Counted from the first letter of the stretch, positions 41,992 to 52,333 are shown. The stretch is DNA of 64,000 nucleotides from Synergistota bacterium (GCA_034331105.1 JAXQGB010000006.1:40034-104033); one strand, 5' to 3'. Notes: generated by a model from the letters alone, not told the origin. Translations and numbers: made by a program.

Positions 41992-43286
41992 CTTCTCTCC
42001 TCGGTCCATTCTATGACGGTGCCTTCTGTAACTTTCAGCGCGATTATTGTAAGAAGGTGGTTGTACTGTGAGCGTGCATGATCAAGCCTTGCAGAGGTCA
42101 GCGAAGTCTGGGCGTTCAGCAGGTCCAGCTGAGGTGTTACCCCTTCCCTGAAACCCACTTCGGCAAGCCGGAGGGATTCCTTTGCCAGCTCGAGGGCCTT
42201 TTCCGAGGCCTTAAGATGGTGCATAGTGCTCTCTATCTCTGTCCATGCAGTTTCGACCTCAGATTTTATATCGAGTTCCTTCTGTTCCAGAGCTATCTTG
42301 TCCTGTTCCAGGACAGCGCCCGCCCTTATCGCATTGCTCCGGGCGGTGTTTCTGTCAAAGATGGGGACCGTGACGGACAGTTCAGCCCTCCACGTGTCGT
42401 CGCCTCTGTCATCTTTTAAATATGGGTTTAAATATCCAGCGGATGCGCCGAATGTTATTTTGGGCCGTGTACCGCTCTTTTCGATCAATATCTGATTTTT
42501 CTGGTATCCAAGCTGTTCCTCAAGTTTTTTGAGGTCAGCCCTCTTTTCCAGTGCGGTCTCAAGTGATGTCTGCCTTGTGCCCTCCGCTTCGGGAACGCTG
42601 AGGTTGCCTGTTATCTCACGCCTTTTCTCAGGAGGTATGCCCATGTAGTTCATTAATGATATGTGGGCAGACTCATAAAGCCCCTTCGCGGTACTCAGGT
42701 TGGCCGTGTTGGTCGCAAGAAGCTGTCCCGCCCTTATCACCTCAAGGCTGTTTGCCAGCCCGAGTTCCCTCATCTTCTGGATCTCTTTGAGGTGCTGCTC
42801 GGATGTGTTCACAGCAGACTCCTCAGCCTTTATCCTTTCGCGCTGCAGAAGTACATTGTAAAACCTCGCATAGAGCTCTCCCACAGCATTGTTTTCTCCG
42901 TTTGCTATTACCATCCCGGCTATGTTCTTCACCTGTTTTGACTGGCTTCTTATCGCAGAATTTTTGCCTCCTGAGTAGATGACCTGTTCAAGAGTAGCCC
43001 TCGCGCCTTTGTTGTCGTTTCTTTCACCGTCATTTGTAGTGCTTTCCTTCTGCCTGTCCAGATATGCATTTGCGGAAAGGCTTGGAAGGAGCGTCCCGTC
43101 AGCCTGGATCTGGAAGGCGTATGCCTTTATAGTCTCCTGTCTCAGGGATCTCAGGCCCGAGTTGTTTGTAAGGGCCAGTTCGATAGCCTCATGTATGTCC
43201 AAGGTGCTGCCCTCTGCATTGCTGCTTGAAGTTCCCAGAAGCAGCGTGAAGGCGATCAGGATATATGTAATTTTGCTTCTGTTCAT
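41988..43286 (-). CDS. TolC-family outer-membrane efflux protein
   Basis: Signal peptide and a duplicated OEP-type helical repeat. 432 aa. Confidence 0.8.
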   Translation of the reverse strand: MNRSKITYILIAFTLLLGTSSSNAEGSTLDIHEAIELALTNNSGLRSLRQETIKAYAFQIQADGTLLPSLSANAYLDRQKESTTNDGERNDNKGARATLEQVIYSGGKNSAIRSQSKQVKNIAGMVIANGENNAVGELYARFYNVLLQRERIKAEESAVNTSEQHLKEIQKMRELGLANSLEVIRAGQLLATNTANLSTAKGLYESAHISLMNYMGIPPEKRREITGNLSVPEAEGTRQTSLETALEKRADLKKLEEQLGYQKNQILIEKSGTRPKITFGASAGYLNPYLKDDRGDDTWRAELSVTVPIFDRNTARSNAIRAGAVLEQDKIALEQKELDIKSEVETAWTEIESTMHHLKASEKALELAKESLRLAEVGFREGVTPQLDLLNAQTSLTSARLDHARSQYNHLLTIIALKVTEGTVIEWTEERR

Positions 43287-43302
43287 GTTTTTCTCACGCT
43301 CC

Positions 43303-46300
43303 CTATTTGGAGTTAAGCGCCCTTGACTGCGCAGACCTGTTGAATCTCCTGTAAGCGCGGTATCTCTTTATTGCTGCACTTACCCTGTCTTTTATATCAT
43401 CGAGCAGGAGGTATACAACAGGGATAACGACGAGTGTAAGCATGGTCGAGGTAAAAAGCCCCCCGATAACTGCCACCGACATAGGCTGGCGAGTCTCCCC
43501 ACCCTCGCTCAGAGCCAGTGCTATAGGGAGGGAACCGAACATTGTTGAAACGGTGGTCATCAGGATAGCCCTGAGGCGGAGAGGTCCTGCTTCCAGCACG
43601 GCCTCTATCTTATTCATTCCTTTTGCCCTCAGCTGATTTATAAAGTCGACCAGAAGGATGGCGTTATTTACTACGACCCCGACAAGCAGGATTATCCCCA
43701 TGAAGCTCATTACACTTATCCTTAGCCCTGCCAGTGCCAGGAGTCCGAATGACCCCGCAGTCATCAGAGGGAGCGAGAACATGACTGTGAACGGATGGAT
43801 AAAGGATTCGAACTGTATGGCCATTACCATGTAGACAAGGATCACGGCAAAGATGAGGGCAATGGACATATAGTAGAAGCTTTCCTTCATATATTCCGAA
43901 TCTCCTGCGGGAGTGATTATAAATGTTCCGTCCTGCGGAGCGTACTTCCTGAATACTTCCTCCATGATCAGGATGCCTTCACCGGGAGAAACGCCTTCAA
44001 CATTGGCGCCTAGCTGGAGTGACCTCTGCCTGTTGTATCTTTTTATGACGTTTGGCGACATTCCGATAGAGCTGGAAATAAGTCCTTCTGCCCTTATCAG
44101 CTGCCCCCCATTTGTCCTGACAAGAGTATTTTTCAGTTTTTCAGGATCGTCCCTTCCGCTTCCCTCTGCCCTGACGCGGATGTCATACCTGTATCCATCC
44201 TGGTTGAAAGAACCGGCTCTGTCGCCCCCGAACCAGGTCATGAGTTCGTCGGAGAGTTCCCGTATGTTAATGTTGAGGTCATCTGCGAGCGCGCGGTTCA
44301 GTGCCAGGTTTATCCTCGGTTTGTTCATCTGAAGATCCGTTGTTATGTCGACAAGTCCCCTGGCGTTTTCTGCCAGGTCTTTTTTTATCAGCTCTCCAAT
44401 TTCTGCCAGAGCTTCGCTTGTTGGTCCCTGAATGACGAGCGTGATGTCAGAGCCGCCCCATGTACCCATTTTGATATCCACATCACGGAATACAGAGAGC
44501 TTGCCTCGCAGTTGTTTCATTACCACACCGGCAGCGGGCCTGCTGCCCCTGTCGATCAGTTCCATATTGATGGAGGCTTTATATACTTCTTCGCCGCCTC
44601 CGCTGCCTACGATCCCGTATGTGTAGGCTACCCTCTCGTCTTCCTGAATAATTTTGACCATGTCTTTTACGACGCTTTCTGTCATTTGAAGAGATGAATC
44701 AGCCGGAAGCTCTATCTGGACCCTAAGGCGTCCCTGGTCTTCGCTTGGGAAAAATTCTGTGCCGAGGGTGGATGCGAATCCTATTCCGAGGAAGAAAAGT
44801 CCAAGCGCCGCAATAAGAACGGATTTACGGTGTGAAACTGCATATTTTAAGACCCCGCTGTATTTCCCTTCGATCCATATAAATGGTTTTTCCAGTTTTT
44901 TCTGCACAGGACCGTCAATCTTCTTCCCGAGGATCCTGGAGCAGAGATACGGTGTCAATGTCAGCGATATTATCAGTGATATAGTTATAGTTGTTGCGAC
45001 TGTTACGCCGAAAGAGTTGAAAAAACGCCCCATAATGCCACCCATGAAGGCTACCGGAACGAATACAGCAAGAGTAGTCGCGGCTCCTGCCAGTACTGCG
45101 AAAGCGACTTCTCCGCCTCCGTCCTGCGCCGCTCTGTAGGGAGTCTTGCCCATGTCGCGGTGCCTCGTTATGTTTTCCATGACGACAGTGGTAGCATCAA
45201 CGACCATGCCGACAGCCAGTGAGAGTCCCATCATGGACATGTTGTTTATCGTTATGCCCATCCAGTAAAGGACCGAGAGGCTTCCAAGAAGGCAGACAGG
45301 GATCGTGATCACAGCAACTATCGTTGCCCGTATTGTTTTCAGGAAGATGAACATTATAACGGAGGTCAGGAGTATCGATGCTACGATATCCCAGAAAACT
45401 CCGCTCATCGAGCGCATGATGAATTTAGCATTGTCCTGCACTACTGCAAGGCTAGTTCCGGGAGGCGCGGTCAGGTTTAGCTCCTTTATCCTTTCGTTGA
45501 CCATGCGCGAGAGAAGGACCTCGTTGGCGCCCTTCTGCTTGCGGATCTGTACCATTACAGTGGGCCTGCCTTCATAAATGGCTCCGCTTCGTTTGTCCTC
45601 AAGGCCGTCTTCTATCCTTGCCACGTCCCTCAGTCTGATCACAGCGCCGTTCCTCACCGCTATAGGGAGATATTCAAGCTCAGAGACGGACGAATACTCC
45701 CCTTCAAGCCTGATCCCGTATTCTTTGGTCGCGGTCTCTATCCTGCCGGCCGGAAGTTCAACATGCTTTGTGTAAACCGCAGATTTGATCTCTTTAGTTG
45801 TAAGGTCATAGGCTTCCAGACTGTCAGTATTTATCCATATCCTTATCTCCCTGTCCCGGAAACCGGCAAGCTGGACACCTCCGACGCCCTTGACAGTCTG
45901 CAGGCGTTCTGTGACTACCTTGTCAACGTACCGGGCAAGTGTCTTCATGTCTGTCCTGCCGTCGTTTTTGACTGCCACGTTCATTATCGGCCTGTCAGAC
46001 GGGTCGTATTTATCTACCTGCGGAGTATCCGCATCATCGGGAAGACGGCTGGCTGCCATACTGACTTTTCCGCGAACATCAGCGGCGGCATCGTCAACGT
46101 CTCTGTCCAGTTCGAATTCTATGACGATTATCGAACGCCCTTCGTAGCTGCTCGAGCTCAGGTTTTTGATGCCCTCTATCGTGTTTATCCTTGCCTCCAG
46201 CACGTCTGTAACATCATTGTCGATAATAGCGGGACTTGCGCCCTCCATTATCGTCCTGACCACAACGATGGGGAATTCGACGTTTGGCATTCGTTCGACG

Positions 46301-46398
46301 CCCATATTCATGTATGAATAGGTGCCAAAAACGATCAGAGCTATAGTGCAGATAAGGACCGTAACAGGCCTTCGGAGAGATACTTCGATAATTTTCAT
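43303..46398 (-). CDS. RND (AcrB/HAE-type) efflux permease
   Basis: 1031 aa with 12-TM, two-large-loop architecture. N-terminus MKIIEVSLRRPVTVLI. Confidence 0.9.
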   Translation of the reverse strand: MKIIEVSLRRPVTVLICTIALIVFGTYSYMNMGVERMPNVEFPIVVVRTIMEGASPAIIDNDVTDVLEARINTIEGIKNLSSSSYEGRSIIVIEFELDRDVDDAAADVRGKVSMAASRLPDDADTPQVDKYDPSDRPIMNVAVKNDGRTDMKTLARYVDKVVTERLQTVKGVGGVQLAGFRDREIRIWINTDSLEAYDLTTKEIKSAVYTKHVELPAGRIETATKEYGIRLEGEYSSVSELEYLPIAVRNGAVIRLRDVARIEDGLEDKRSGAIYEGRPTVMVQIRKQKGANEVLLSRMVNERIKELNLTAPPGTSLAVVQDNAKFIMRSMSGVFWDIVASILLTSVIMFIFLKTIRATIVAVITIPVCLLGSLSVLYWMGITINNMSMMGLSLAVGMVVDATTVVMENITRHRDMGKTPYRAAQDGGGEVAFAVLAGAATTLAVFVPVAFMGGIMGRFFNSFGVTVATTITISLIISLTLTPYLCSRILGKKIDGPVQKKLEKPFIWIEGKYSGVLKYAVSHRKSVLIAALGLFFLGIGFASTLGTEFFPSEDQGRLRVQIELPADSSLQMTESVVKDMVKIIQEDERVAYTYGIVGSGGGEEVYKASINMELIDRGSRPAAGVVMKQLRGKLSVFRDVDIKMGTWGGSDITLVIQGPTSEALAEIGELIKKDLAENARGLVDITTDLQMNKPRINLALNRALADDLNINIRELSDELMTWFGGDRAGSFNQDGYRYDIRVRAEGSGRDDPEKLKNTLVRTNGGQLIRAEGLISSSIGMSPNVIKRYNRQRSLQLGANVEGVSPGEGILIMEEVFRKYAPQDGTFIITPAGDSEYMKESFYYMSIALIFAVILVYMVMAIQFESFIHPFTVMFSLPLMTAGSFGLLALAGLRISVMSFMGIILLVGVVVNNAILLVDFINQLRAKGMNKIEAVLEAGPLRLRAILMTTVSTMFGSLPIALALSEGGETRQPMSVAVIGGLFTSTMLTLVVIPVVYLLLDDIKDRVSAAIKRYRAYRRFNRSAQSRALNSK

Positions 46399-46428
46399 AT
46401 AAATATTTCATCCTTATGTAAAGATTTC

Positions 46429-46452
46429 ATTATATAGAACATTATATAGAAC
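46429..46452. repeat. Exact tandem duplication of the 12-mer ATTATATAGAAC upstream of the RND operon
   Basis: Read directly: ATTATATAGAAC ATTATATAGAAC followed by ATTGA (a partial third unit). Confidence 0.8.
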
Positions 46453-46634
46453 ATTGATACTATAACCCAAAAATGTGTCTTTTTTGTGTCAGATATCAAG
46501 TACTACATAATTTTATTATAATCAGTATTAAAAAACCCTCGTATTATGCTTACTAAAGAGGCGCGGGAAAAAATATTCCAGCGCCTCTTCAGTTCTATTT
46601 GTCTTTATGTCCCACCGGATCTTTTTGAGTCCTT

Positions 46635-48572
46635 CTATATGTCAAGATTTCGGACTTCGCGGCCGTAAGTCTCAATGAATTTCCTGCGGGGCTCAACATC
46701 GTCACCCATGAGTATTCCGAAGAGCTCATCGGCTTCTACCGAATCCTGTACCTCCACCCTGTTCACGATCCTGTTCTCAGGATTCATTGTGGTATCCCAG
46801 AGCTGTTCTGCGTTCATTTCTCCAAGTCCCTTATAGCGCTGTACATCAACTTTTTTTCCTGCGGCCGCAGCCTGGATATCTTTCATCTCTTTTTCCGAGA
46901 AGCAGTAGGTGACTTCTTTTCCTACCTGTACCCTGTAAAGTGGCGGCTGCGCCACATACAGATATCCCCTATCTATTATCTGCGGCATGTACCTGAAGAA
47001 AAGCGTGAGCAGCAGGGTACGGATATGGGCTCCGTCAACATCGGCGTCTGCCATTATGAATATTTTGTGGTAGCGCAGCTTCTCCTCGTTGAAATCATCG
47101 CCGACCCCGGCTCCCAGTGCGAGTATAATATTTCTTATAGTCTCGCTTCCCAGGATCTTTTCGAGACGGGCCTTTTCAACGTTGAGGATCTTTCCCCTCA
47201 GTGGGAGGATGGCCTGGAATTCACGGTTTCTTCCCTGTTTGGCACTGCCTCCGGCGCTGTCTCCTTCTACTATGTACAGCTCGCAGTCCGCGGCGTTCCT
47301 GTTGGAGCAGTCAGCAAGCTTGCCGGGCAGTGTCAGCCCGTTCATAACGGATTTTCTGCGGACAAGGTCCTTTGCCTTCTTTGCGGCCTCTCTTGCCTGT
47401 CTTGCCCTGATAGCGCTCTCGACTATGGGCTTAAGGATCTCAGGCCTTTCGTCGAGGACTTCTTTCAGCCCCTCGTATACGAGTGAGTCAACGATCCCTT
47501 TTACGTCTCCGTTACCCAGCTTGGTCTTTGTCTGGCCTTCGAACTGAGGCTCCATGACTTTTACCGATATTACAGCGGTCAGGCCTTCTTTTAGGTCGTC
47601 CCCCGTAAGGTTTGAGTCTTTTTCTTTGAGTATTTTTAGTTTTCTCGCTTCGTCGTTCACTGCCCTTGTGAGTGCTGTCCTGAATCCGGCGACATGTGTT
47701 CCGCCCTCTATCGTATTAATTAGGTTTACAAAACCATAGAGCCGCTCCATGTAAGTATCGTTGTACTGTATGGCGACTTCTATTTCGGTTTTATCTTTTT
47801 CCCCGAATATTACTACCGGTTCCTTAAAAAGGACCTCTTTGCCCTTGTTAAGGTATTCGACGAAGGTGGAGATCCCTCCGGGATAGTTGTAAGTGCGTTC
47901 CTGAGGTTTCTCCGGTCTTTTATCCGCGAAGTTGATCGTTATATGAGAGTTTAAAAATGCAAGCTCGCGAAGCCTTGATTTAAGGACATCGGCCTGGAAT
48001 TCAATAGAGGAAAAAATTTCTTCATCCGGCATGAACTGGACTCGTGTGCCTCTCATGTCAGTATCGCCTGCCACGCAAAGGGCCGTGACCGGGATCCCTC
48101 GCTCGTAGCGCTGACGGTGTTCCTTGCCTTCCCTCCAGATAGTCAGTTCAAGCCATTCGGAAAGGGCGTTGACTACAGATACGCCAACTCCATGGAGTCC
48201 GCCTGAGACCTGATACGCGCTTTTGTCGAACTTGCCGCCCGCATGCAGGATAGTCATTACCACTTCGGCCGCCGATTTTCCGGACTCATGATCTTCTGTC
48301 GGGATCCCGCGTCCGTTGTCTACAACTGTTATGCTTCCATCCTCGTTTATCGTTACGTTGATAGTGTCGCAGAAACCTGCAAGGGATTCGTCGATCGAAT
48401 TGTCTACTACCTCGTACACCAGATGGTGCAGGCCTCGCGGTCCCTGGTCCCCTATATACATCCCAGGCCGTTTTCTTACGGCCACGAGACCTTCAAGCAC
48501 ATGAATATCCTTTGCTGAGTACTCGGAATCTTTTGTCAGCATTGAGTTGTTTGGAATGCACATATTATCCAT
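46635..48572 (-). CDS. gyrB: DNA gyrase subunit B
   Basis: VLEGLVAVRKRPGMYIG, HLVYEVVDNSIDE, EGDSAGGS and PLRGKILNVEKA motifs. Confidence 0.95.
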   Translation of the reverse strand: MDNMCIPNNSMLTKDSEYSAKDIHVLEGLVAVRKRPGMYIGDQGPRGLHHLVYEVVDNSIDESLAGFCDTINVTINEDGSITVVDNGRGIPTEDHESGKSAAEVVMTILHAGGKFDKSAYQVSGGLHGVGVSVVNALSEWLELTIWREGKEHRQRYERGIPVTALCVAGDTDMRGTRVQFMPDEEIFSSIEFQADVLKSRLRELAFLNSHITINFADKRPEKPQERTYNYPGGISTFVEYLNKGKEVLFKEPVVIFGEKDKTEIEVAIQYNDTYMERLYGFVNLINTIEGGTHVAGFRTALTRAVNDEARKLKILKEKDSNLTGDDLKEGLTAVISVKVMEPQFEGQTKTKLGNGDVKGIVDSLVYEGLKEVLDERPEILKPIVESAIRARQAREAAKKAKDLVRRKSVMNGLTLPGKLADCSNRNAADCELYIVEGDSAGGSAKQGRNREFQAILPLRGKILNVEKARLEKILGSETIRNIILALGAGVGDDFNEEKLRYHKIFIMADADVDGAHIRTLLLTLFFRYMPQIIDRGYLYVAQPPLYRVQVGKEVTYCFSEKEMKDIQAAAAGKKVDVQRYKGLGEMNAEQLWDTTMNPENRIVNRVEVQDSVEADELFGILMGDDVEPRRKFIETYGREVRNLDI

Positions 48573-48819
48573 TTATTGATGAACTCCTTCCATTGATCGT
48601 CCTTTTGCTGAGGAAATCAAGCTGTCGCTTTTTTAGGGTAGTCGGGGTGAAGCCGGTCCTGATGACAGAGCCGTCTCTTTTAAGTATCTCTGTTCCATTT
48701 TCTGTTTTATAGATGGCTACTGTGTTTGCAAGGCAAATGATGCTTTCGCCTTCAAGAGGAATAAACAATGACCAGGTCCCCAATCTGTAATTTTTAACCT
48801 TATAATTATACCATCTCAT
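48565..48819 (-). CDS. DUF370 (RemB/YaaB-like) small protein; start codon uncertain
   Basis: IPLEGESIICLANTVAIY...TPTTLKKRQLDF resembles B. subtilis YaaB (IHLGDDFVVSTRDIVGIF...SSSTLKKRAQF), and it occupies the usual position just upstream of gyrB. Confidence 0.4.
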   Translation of the reverse strand: MRWYNYKVKNYRLGTWSLFIPLEGESIICLANTVAIYKTENGTEILKRDGSVIRTGFTPTTLKKRQLDFLSKRTINGRSSSING

Positions 48820-48880
48820 TGCTCAATGTTCCTCCGTTACATTGCGTGACATTGAAAATGGAAAGAGTGGTATCGTAAAA

Positions 48881-50077
48881 ATGGACGAACTTTTTATTCT
48901 GACTAATTCGCCCGGAGAAGTATCGGGATGGGTAAGGCCGGTAGTATCGGAGCTTGCCTCAAAAGGCTTTCCCGCGAAAGTCTCTCTTGTTGTCCTTCCC
49001 TGCCAGTATGCCAGCGGAATGGAGGCGGAGTATGGAAAAGAGATCGAAGGGATAGACTCTGTATCCACCTTTAAAGAGTTATGGAAAACCTCCGTGGCGT
49101 TGAAGGAAACAAAAAGGCTGATCCTTCAGCTTGGGGGAGATCCCTTCTTCGGCGCGATACTTTCCGCGAAACTGAAATGTATATGGATGATATACACGGC
49201 AAGGCCAAGATGGAGATCCCGGGTCGGCCATTATTTTGTGCCGGATGCAGCCGCTGAAAACAGATTTGCTGTTCAGGGAGTCAAAAGGGACCGTTTGACC
49301 AGGGTCGGGAACCTGATATTTGACAGCGCCCCCGAATGTGAAGATGCAGCTGGATCAAGGAAGATCATGGGGCTGTCCGGGGATGAGGAAGCTGTCTCCT
49401 TTTTGCCGGGCAGCAGGCCATTCGAATACCGTGATGGATTTCCTTTTTTTTCGTGCGCTGCAATGGAGTTTTTGAGAAATCACCCAAACTATCATGCCTT
49501 TTTGCCTGTTGCTCCCACCGTTGATGAAAAACTGCTAATCGAAGGCCTTGATGAGGCAGGCCTGAATTGGACAGGCGGATCTACTGCGGAAGAAATATTA
49601 TGGGATGGACCGGGGAGGATAAGGTTTATACGCGAAAACAATTTTGAGGCTATCAAAGCCTCCACACTTGCTGTTGCTTTTCCGGGCACAAACAACCTCC
49701 AGATAACCTCGCTATGTGTGCCCCTCCTTACCGTGATCCCCCTGAACCAGGCTGAGAACATTCCACTTGACGGCATCCCCGGAATGATCCCGATGTCCGT
49801 TCCGGGAGCGAAGGTGCTCAAGAAAAAATTGGTCTACTGGTATAGCAGGCGACTCAAATATGCATCGCTTCCCAACAGGATGACGGGTAAGGAGATCGTT
49901 CCTGAACACAGGGGAGTCATGACACCGTCTATGGTAGCTGGGCTTGTTGAAGAACTTGTTTCTGATCCCGAAAGGCTGAGCGCGATAGTGAGGGGATACT
50001 CTCATATCGTTCTTGAACGGGGTGCGGCTTCAAAGATAGCAGATAAGGTCTGTGACTATTTCTCGTCAGTAAGCTGA
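48881..50077 (+). CDS. Lipid-A-disaccharide synthase-related glycosyltransferase
   Basis: N-terminal FILTNSPGEVSGW resembles the LpxB GEVSGD motif. About 398 aa. Family call is tentative. Confidence 0.4.
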   Translation: MDELFILTNSPGEVSGWVRPVVSELASKGFPAKVSLVVLPCQYASGMEAEYGKEIEGIDSVSTFKELWKTSVALKETKRLILQLGGDPFFGAILSAKLKCIWMIYTARPRWRSRVGHYFVPDAAAENRFAVQGVKRDRLTRVGNLIFDSAPECEDAAGSRKIMGLSGDEEAVSFLPGSRPFEYRDGFPFFSCAAMEFLRNHPNYHAFLPVAPTVDEKLLIEGLDEAGLNWTGGSTAEEILWDGPGRIRFIRENNFEAIKASTLAVAFPGTNNLQITSLCVPLLTVIPLNQAENIPLDGIPGMIPMSVPGAKVLKKKLVYWYSRRLKYASLPNRMTGKEIVPEHRGVMTPSMVAGLVEELVSDPERLSAIVRGYSHIVLERGAASKIADKVCDYFSSVS

Positions 50078-50325
50078 GGCTGCTCCTTCGGGCTATCATT
50101 TTCAGCCCGCAGTTTTGCCTCTTCGTTTTCTCTGTCGATGTCGTTGAGGTAAGTCCTCCATATTTTGAGAGCCAGAATGGCGGAGATGACCCCTCCGATA
50201 AGACCGGCAGCTATCACCAGGGGTTTGCCCTGATCGAACATGTAGCCGCCAAGCCCGCCCAGGGCATAGCCAAAGGCGATTATCGTTCCAAATGAAAAAA
50301 TAAGGACCAAAAGTCGTTTGCACAT
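50056..50325 (-). CDS. Small two-TM membrane protein
   Basis: 89 aa with Gly-rich TM helices and an acidic/basic tail. No family call. Confidence 0.35.
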   Translation of the reverse strand: MCKRLLVLIFSFGTIIAFGYALGGLGGYMFDQGKPLVIAAGLIGGVISAILALKIWRTYLNDIDRENEEAKLRAENDSPKEQPQLTDEK

Positions 50326-50453
50326 GGGATAATTCTAGTCATAAAACGGTATATGTCAAACTTGCCATAGTATGAATATATGTTATGATGAGACGTTGTT
50401 GAACTGAGGTGCAGTGTTTCATTTTGAACATATTGGTTTCAGGGGGAAAATTA

Positions 50454-51170
50454 GTGATAAATTATTCAAACTACTACAATACTTCATCAGATTTTGTATA
50501 TCTCGAACTGCGGGCCAGAATTGTAAACAAACAGCTCAAGCCGGGGGAAAGGCTTCCCGAAGTTAAGATATCCAGTGAAATGGGAGTCAGCCGGACACCT
50601 GTCAGGGAAGCTCTGAGACGTCTTGGAAGCGAGGGGCTTGTAAAGATAATCCCCAACAGCGGGGCAAGAGTCGCAGCTCCAAGCGCAGCAGAGGTAGAGG
50701 GAGCTTACGATGTAAGGGGATACCTTGAGGCCCTGAGCGTTCAGCTGGCGTGCAGAAACGGTATCGACAGGAGAACCGCGGGACGGTTCGAAGATGTGCT
50801 TAAGGATGAGGAATCAGCCTTCCTCGCCCGCGACCTGCAGGCAAATCTCGAAGCAAACAATAATTTCCACAGGCTGATAGCTGAAGCAAGCAAAAACATC
50901 GTCCTCATTGAATACGTTGAAAATATAATTGTTCGAACGAATGTATATATTCTTTTCTACGATCCATTCACAGAGGAAAAAAATTACAGCACGGAGGAAC
51001 ACAGAAAAATACTGGCATCGATCATGTCCCGGGATGAAGAGTCCGCGGACAGGTTAATGAGGGACCATCTCCGCCACTCTCATGCGGTCCTTGAAAAACC
51101 ATATGAGAGAAGAAATATTCTGGCAAACATAAATGGTCTTGCTCAGCAGAATAAAGCATTTTCATCATAG
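50454..51170 (+). CDS. GntR family transcriptional regulator (FCD type)
   Basis: LPEVKISSEMGVSRTPVREALRRLGSEGLV wHTH. GTG at 50454 after CAGGGGGAAAA. Confidence 0.8.
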   Translation: MINYSNYYNTSSDFVYLELRARIVNKQLKPGERLPEVKISSEMGVSRTPVREALRRLGSEGLVKIIPNSGARVAAPSAAEVEGAYDVRGYLEALSVQLACRNGIDRRTAGRFEDVLKDEESAFLARDLQANLEANNNFHRLIAEASKNIVLIEYVENIIVRTNVYILFYDPFTEEKNYSTEEHRKILASIMSRDEESADRLMRDHLRHSHAVLEKPYERRNILANINGLAQQNKAFSS

Positions 51171-51184
51171 GGAGGAATTGGGTT

Positions 51185-52333
51185 ATGACAGGACAGATAA
51201 AAATACCGTCCTTTGATCTGACAAGAAATTACAACAGGGTAAAAGAAGAGGTCAGGGTAGCACTCGACAGGGTGCTTGAGACACAGCACTTCATTCTGGG
51301 ACCTGAAGTTGAGGCCTTCGAGAAGGAGGTGGCGGCATACCTTGATGTCGAAAGCACGGTAGGGTGTGCATCCGGTACGGACGCCCTGGTGCTGGCTGTC
51401 ATGTCACTGGACCTCAAAGAGGGGGACGAGGTAATCACTACGCCCTTTACCTTCTTCGCCACGGCAAGCTGCATAACAAGGAACGGTGCAAAACCTGTTT
51501 TTGCCGATGTCGAACCTGACACCTACAATCTCTCTATGGAATCAGTCATGGAAAAAATAACACCCAGGACAAAGGCGGTCCTCCCGGTACACCTTTTCGG
51601 ACAGACATGCAAGCTGGAACTGATAAGGGACGAACTCAGCCAAAGAGGGATAGCTCTTATAGAGGACTGTGCCCAGGCAATCGGAGCACACAGAATAATA
51701 GACAAAAAGATCTGCAGGGCCGGATCTATTGGGGACATTGGCTGTTTCTCATTCTTCCCGACTAAAAACCTCGGCTGCTACGGCGACGGAGGTATGATAT
51801 CCATACCCCACGGCAAGGAAGGCGCAGCACGGTTAAAGAGTCTCAGGGTCCACGGTTCCGGCAAAACGTATTTCCACGAAGAAGTTGGAATAAACAGCCG
51901 TCTTGATGCAGTCCAGGCAGCCATACTGAGAGTCAGGCTCCGCCATCTGGAGGAGTGGAACGAAGAGCGCCGGATAGTGGCCGAAAGATACATGATCCTC
52001 TTCAAAGAGAAGGGGCTTCTTGATAAGGTCACTCCCCCGGTCGAAGAGTCCGGCAACAGGCATGTATATCACCAGTATGTAGTGAAGGCGGAGAGAAGGG
52101 ATGAGCTCCAGGTATATCTCGAAGAGCGCGGTGTCGTTACAAGAGTCTACTATCCGCTGCCCCTCCATCTCCAGCACTGTTTCTCATATCTTGGATATAA
52201 AGAAGGGGATTTCCCCGTTTCAGAGAGCCTGACGGGCTCTGTTCTGGCGCTGCCCATTTTTCCGGAACTCCTGCCGGAGGAACAGGAAAGAGTCGTGGAG
52301 GAGATTGCGGGATTTTACGGAAGACACAATTAG
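51185..52333 (+). CDS. DegT/DnrJ/EryC1/StrS family PLP aminotransferase
   Basis: GPEVEAFEKE..., CASGTDALVLA, FSFFPTKNLG (Lys of the PLP site). 382 aa. Confidence 0.85.
   Translation: MTGQIKIPSFDLTRNYNRVKEEVRVALDRVLETQHFILGPEVEAFEKEVAAYLDVESTVGCASGTDALVLAVMSLDLKEGDEVITTPFTFFATASCITRNGAKPVFADVEPDTYNLSMESVMEKITPRTKAVLPVHLFGQTCKLELIRDELSQRGIALIEDCAQAIGAHRIIDKKICRAGSIGDIGCFSFFPTKNLGCYGDGGMISIPHGKEGAARLKSLRVHGSGKTYFHEEVGINSRLDAVQAAILRVRLRHLEEWNEERRIVAERYMILFKEKGLLDKVTPPVEESGNRHVYHQYVVKAERRDELQVYLEERGVVTRVYYPLPLHLQHCFSYLGYKEGDFPVSESLTGSVLALPIFPELLPEEQERVVEEIAGFYGRHN

Noticed and set aside
46429-46452. CRISPR-like or minisatellite array
   Set aside because: There are only two full 12-nt units with no spacers and no cas genes in the window. 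It is reported as a short tandem repeat only.
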